A stretch of DNA of 11,552 bases from positions 1 through 11,552 of the forward strand of contig NW_021826967.1 in assembly GCF_006345805.1 (NCBI RefSeq), written 5' to 3'. Each line of letters starts with the position of its first letter. The first letter of the stretch is position 1. The position numbers and the translations under genes were made by a program. Below, one piece after another: positions 8,154 through 11,552 of the stretch. The notes below the pieces were generated by a model that was given only the letters and a program-made list of their open reading frames with translations, was not told where the DNA came from and did no database searches. The stretch comes from Octopus sinensis. Its lineage: Eukaryota.

Positions 8154-8444
8154 GCGAAAAGTGGAAGAAAATGGTAGGGGAATAGAATTATGATATAAGG
8201 AAGAAACAGCATAAAGAATGATAATGGGACGTAATACGGAAGAAACAAACAGGGAATGAAAGAAAGATGGAAGGATAGACAGAAAAAAAAACAAGAAAGG
8301 GAAAGTAGGAAAGAAAAACAAAGATAAAGAGGCCATGAAAGAATCACGAAGAAAAAAGATAGACTCTACCGGAAATTTTATGTCTGATGTAGAGAAAAGA
8401 GAGACAGAATTATTAAAGGACATGGCAACTATGAGGCTCCTTTG

Positions 8445-8463
8445 AGTGTGTATGTGTGTGTGA

Positions 8464-8501
<38 letters not shown>

Positions 8502-8615
8502 CTGTGTGTGTGAGAGAGAGAGAGTGATAGAGAGAAGAAGTGTGTGTGTGAGAGAGAAAGAAAGTGTGTGTGTGAGAGAGATAGTGAGAGAGAGAATGTA
8601 TGTGAGAGAGAGAAA
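8445..8615. repeat. alternating (TG)n/(GA)n compound microsatellite
   Basis: Visible runs. Confidence 0.93.
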
Positions 8616-8767
8616 TTGCGATGAACTTAGCAACGAAACTTAGTAAGGCAAGGAGAATAGTGAAAAAATGAACATGGCAATAAAGGTGACGCTGCGGTGT
8701 GTTTACCCCGAGTCGGTGGTGGATCATACATAGTCTTGCACAGACTTTTGCTTATATGGTATCAGAG

Positions 8768-8908
8768 TTTGGCACAAGGCCCACCAATTACGGGAAAGGG
8801 AGTTAGCCAACTACATCAACTCCAGTACCTGACTGGTACTTATTTTATCGACCCCGAAAGGAAGAAAGGGCAAAAGTCTATCTCGTCAGAATTTCAACTC
8901 AGAACGTG
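8768..8908 (-). mobile_element. 5'-truncated type A SINE (tail variant 2)
   Basis: Minus strand CACGTTCTGAGTTGAAATTCTGACGAG..CCTTTCGGGGTCGATAAAATAAGTACCAG..GGGCCTTGTGCCAAA. Confidence 0.8.
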
Positions 8909-8949
8909 AAGTAAAGGTGCAGATATAGTTTTGTTGTTTAAATACTCGC

Positions 8950-9182
8950 TTTGCTACTGCCTAATTTAGGGATCAGTCCCACTGGGAATGTCTTCTACGG
9001 TGATGTCTTCTACTGGAGCGCTTGTCCGACAAATAAATTTTGAGTGAATTTAGTTGACGGAAACTGTAAAGAAACCTTTTACATGTCTATATCTATGTGT
9101 TTATGGGTTTGGGCTGCTGGTCTTTGCACTCTGCCAACACCACCACCACCACCACCACCACTCCGCTTGAGAACCCCTGTTG
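8950..9182 (+). mobile_element. old degenerate type D SINE fragment with expanded (CCA)n
   Basis: CAGTCCCACTG, ATGTCTTCTAC (locally duplicated), TGAGTGAATTTAGTTGACGGAAACTG and CCGCTTGAGAACC match type D landmarks in order. Confidence 0.6.
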
Positions 9183-9335
9183 CGCCTTATAGCCTACCAC
9201 GATTGGGAATAGCCATAACCGCCATTTCTTTTCTCGTCAATTCTGCAAAAAGGTTTTGGTATTTAGCATGCTTTGAGTCAGTTAATGGATCGCAGACTTC
9301 TTCTCGTGATTTATTCATGTAAGAAAATCTGCCTG
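9176..9335 (-). pseudogene. possible decayed restriction-enzyme-like (REL) endonuclease fragment of a non-LTR retrotransposon
   Basis: Minus-strand MNKSREEVCDPLTDSKHAKYQNLFAELTRKEMAVMAIP and, after a 1-nt shift, IVVG; resembles the K..KY..L..E......IPIVVG pattern of R2/R4/NeSL-type REL domains. Judged by eye only. Confidence 0.4.
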
Positions 9336-9412
9336 GAAACATTCTGGGTATGTATCAGAATGCACCAGAATACATATATAGAGACGGAGACACAGAAAGA
9401 GATGAAAAGATA

Positions 9413-9465
9413 TCATCATCATGATCATCATCATCATGATCATCATCATCATCGTCGTCGTCGTC
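9413..9465. repeat. (CAT)n/(CGT)n trinucleotide repeat
   Basis: Visible run. Confidence 0.92.
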
Positions 9466-9718
9466 CGTTTTGATGTTATTACGCAGTAACATATATCTCC
9501 ATATTCTAAAAACTTACATTTAAGAGTTATGAGAGTTATGTTTGAGTTTTATTTTATGTACAGCAAAATTACAATGCACACAGATTCATACCTGCGTAAA
9601 TACAGGAGAACGTATGTGTGTGTGGCTGAGTGTGTGTGCGTGTATGCATATATGCAACCATATATATATAAACATGCGTATCAGTTTATGGCTGATATTT
9701 ATATGTGCGATTCAAATT

Positions 9719-9719
9719 C

Positions 9720-9812
<93 letters not shown>

Positions 9813-9842
9813 ATATATATATATATAATATATATATATATC

Positions 9843-9885
<43 letters not shown>

Positions 9886-9890
9886 ATATA
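9719..9890. repeat. (CTAT)n followed by (TA)n
   Basis: Visible runs. Confidence 0.97.
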
Positions 9891-9942
9891 ACAAAAACTG
9901 TCTGATGAACGGCAACGTGAAACTCAGAGTAACAGGTTTGTT
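9890..9942 (+). ncRNA. minimal type I hammerhead ribozyme motif (palindromic stem III, dimer-type)
   Basis: CUGAUGA core 9902-9908; stem II ACG/CGU closed by a GCAA tetraloop; GAAA 9919-9922; stem III ACUC-A-GAGU; GUA cleavage triplet 9929-9931; stem I CUGU/ACAG extended by AACAAA/UUUGUU. Confidence 0.8.
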
Positions 9943-9965
9943 GAATTTTCTGCTGCTTTAAATAT

Positions 9966-9966
9966 A

Positions 9967-10011
<45 letters not shown>

Positions 10012-10062
10012 ATATTAATATATATATAATATATAATATATATTCTATATATTAGATATATA
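9966..10062. repeat. (TA)n microsatellite
   Basis: Visible run. Confidence 0.95.
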
Positions 10063-10281
10063 GCGCAGGAGTGGCTGTGTGGTAAGTAGCTTGCTACCAG
10101 CCACATGTTTCCGGGTTCAGTCCCACTGCGTGGCATCTTGGGCAAGTGTCTTCTACTATAGCCCCGGGCCGACCAATGCCTTGTGAGTGGATTTGGTAGA
10201 CGGAAACTGAAAGAAGCCTGTCGTATATATGTATATATATGTGTGTGTGTGTGTTTGTAAAAGAGTAAAAGAGTAAGAGTA
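10063..10281 (+). mobile_element. SINE type D with ~176-bp internal deletion
   Basis: Intact head and centre; after GTGTTTGT it jumps to AAAAGAGTAAAAGAG, missing the equivalent of 3671-3846 (GT microhomology). Confidence 0.9.
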
Positions 10282-10421
10282 TATATGTATATACGTATGT
10301 ATGTACGTACGTATGTATGTATGTATGTATGTATGTATACACACCATGTTTTCGATCATTTTTGTTTGTTGTCGTACACATTCGCTAGCATTCTTACAAA
10401 AAATATAGTGCTCTTAGCTTA
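10282..10421 (+). repeat. duplicate of 3870-4053: (TATG)n plus ~85 bp non-repetitive flank
   Basis: ACACACCATGTTTTCGATCATTTTTGTTTGTTGTCGTACACATTCGCTAGCATTCTTACAA is identical in both places; the match ends at GTGCTCTTAGCTTA. Confidence 0.95.
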
Positions 10422-10949
10422 GACTCTCTTTTTGGGGAGCGGGGGGTAATCAGATCGAACTGTCTGAAGTGGAACTGCCCGAAACAGTAAGGACATCTGG
10501 TATCTTGACTGAAGAAAGAAGGCCACGAATGACTCGCCTTCTTCTTCCCATGTAATTCTAATTGTAGTTTCTCCTGTCCACCCTTGTATCGTCTAACTGT
10601 CCAAATGTCTTATTGTCCTCTACTGCGTTTTTGTTCCATTTTTTATATTTATATATACATATAGCGGCGTACGTACACGCTTGTGCTCACCATATATAGA
10701 TATATTTATTTATTTATTTATTTGTCATAATACATTATAAGTTCATAGCTGTATTGCATCTTGAATACAAACTACTCTTATAACGTATTTATGTTAAATC
10801 ATATTCCCATGCATATTTCTAGTATATGTATATTCATTGATATACATCTGTGAAAACCTTCTTAACTGTATCGCTAAATCATTAATCATTTCTGTGTGTA
10901 AGCTTGGGCATTTGAGTATATGTTTGTGCACGCGCGACCGTGTTTGGGT

Positions 10950-10996
10950 GGTGTGTGTGTGTGTGTGTGTGCGTGTGTGTGTGCGTGTGTGTGTGT

Positions 10997-11027
<31 letters not shown>

Positions 11028-11040
11028 GTGTGTGTGTTTG
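10950..11040. repeat. (TG)n microsatellite
   Basis: Visible run. Confidence 0.96.
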
Positions 11041-11279
11041 CAACTCCGTCTTAAATTGAGGGAGCTAGTTTGGTGAGTAGGTATCTCATTAGATAAATTA
11101 GCAGATAGTCTATTAGGCCATATGTGTACGAGCGTATAAGAAGATATATGTATAGCATCTGCCGTATGTAATATAGTGAATTGAAAAACTTCGATTAACT
11201 GAGATTATCCATGCAATTAACAGAAAAAAATCTCCCTGTAGGCGTTATTAGGGCATGCGCAGAGGAACATACACATATT

Positions 11280-11403
11280 ACATATTTACATATATATATA
11301 TATATATACATACATACATAGAGATAGTTAGGTAGATAGATAGATAGATAGATATAATAAATGTATGGTTCTATGGATGTTTTGTGTATATATATATATA
11401 TAT
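11280..11403. repeat. (TA)n/(TACA)n/(GATA)n compound microsatellite
   Basis: Visible runs. Confidence 0.9.
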
Positions 11404-11552
11404 CGTTTAAATATTTGTTGTGCAAGATTTTTTATGTGAAGTCGTGTGTTGAAACAGATATTGTTATATTTCGGAATGGTCATATTGCCAGTTTAAGCCA
11501 ATAAAACACCGCACTATATTTTGGTGTTATTTTGCTTCAGTGATATTTATTT

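Noticed and set aside
8218-8445. Lys/Glu-rich plus-strand frame (KDKEAMKESRRKKIDSTG...)
   Set aside because: Purine-rich low-complexity strand is naturally stop-poor; has an in-frame stop and no convincing splice acceptor.
9267-9347. 81-nt plus-strand candidate exon ending TGG|GTATGT
   Set aside because: Weak acceptor; overlaps a better-explained minus-strand peptide.
11073-11078. Strong donor-like GTGAGT (also GTAAGT at 2960)
   Set aside because: No matching upstream acceptor with a polypyrimidine tract and open exon.
1385-11425. Most listed ORFs (YI, CV, HT, LS, IYLS repeats)
   Set aside because: They are translations of di- and tetranucleotide microsatellites or SINE bodies, with no coding signature.

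Overview
Eukaryotic, AT-rich, repeat-dense non-coding DNA. The microsatellite load and SINE set resemble coleoid cephalopod (Octopus-like) genomes; this is an inference from pattern, not a database result. No intact protein-coding gene is supported, and almost all listed ORFs are microsatellite or SINE artefacts. The window holds about 16 copies or fragments of at least five tRNA-derived SINE types (labelled A-E here), an internally deleted mariner transposon (4051-4528, minus), a possible decayed non-LTR endonuclease fragment and many simple repeats. The most interesting signal is a complete minimal type I hammerhead ribozyme motif (9890-9942, plus) forming a ~75-bp island between two (TA)n arrays, with two weaker decayed hammerhead-like candidates elsewhere. 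Also notable: a head-to-tail SINE dimer bounded by one 9-bp target-site duplication, a SINE-plus-unique-flank duplication consistent with 3' transduction, and a SINE split by an insert with an inverted-repeat junction.
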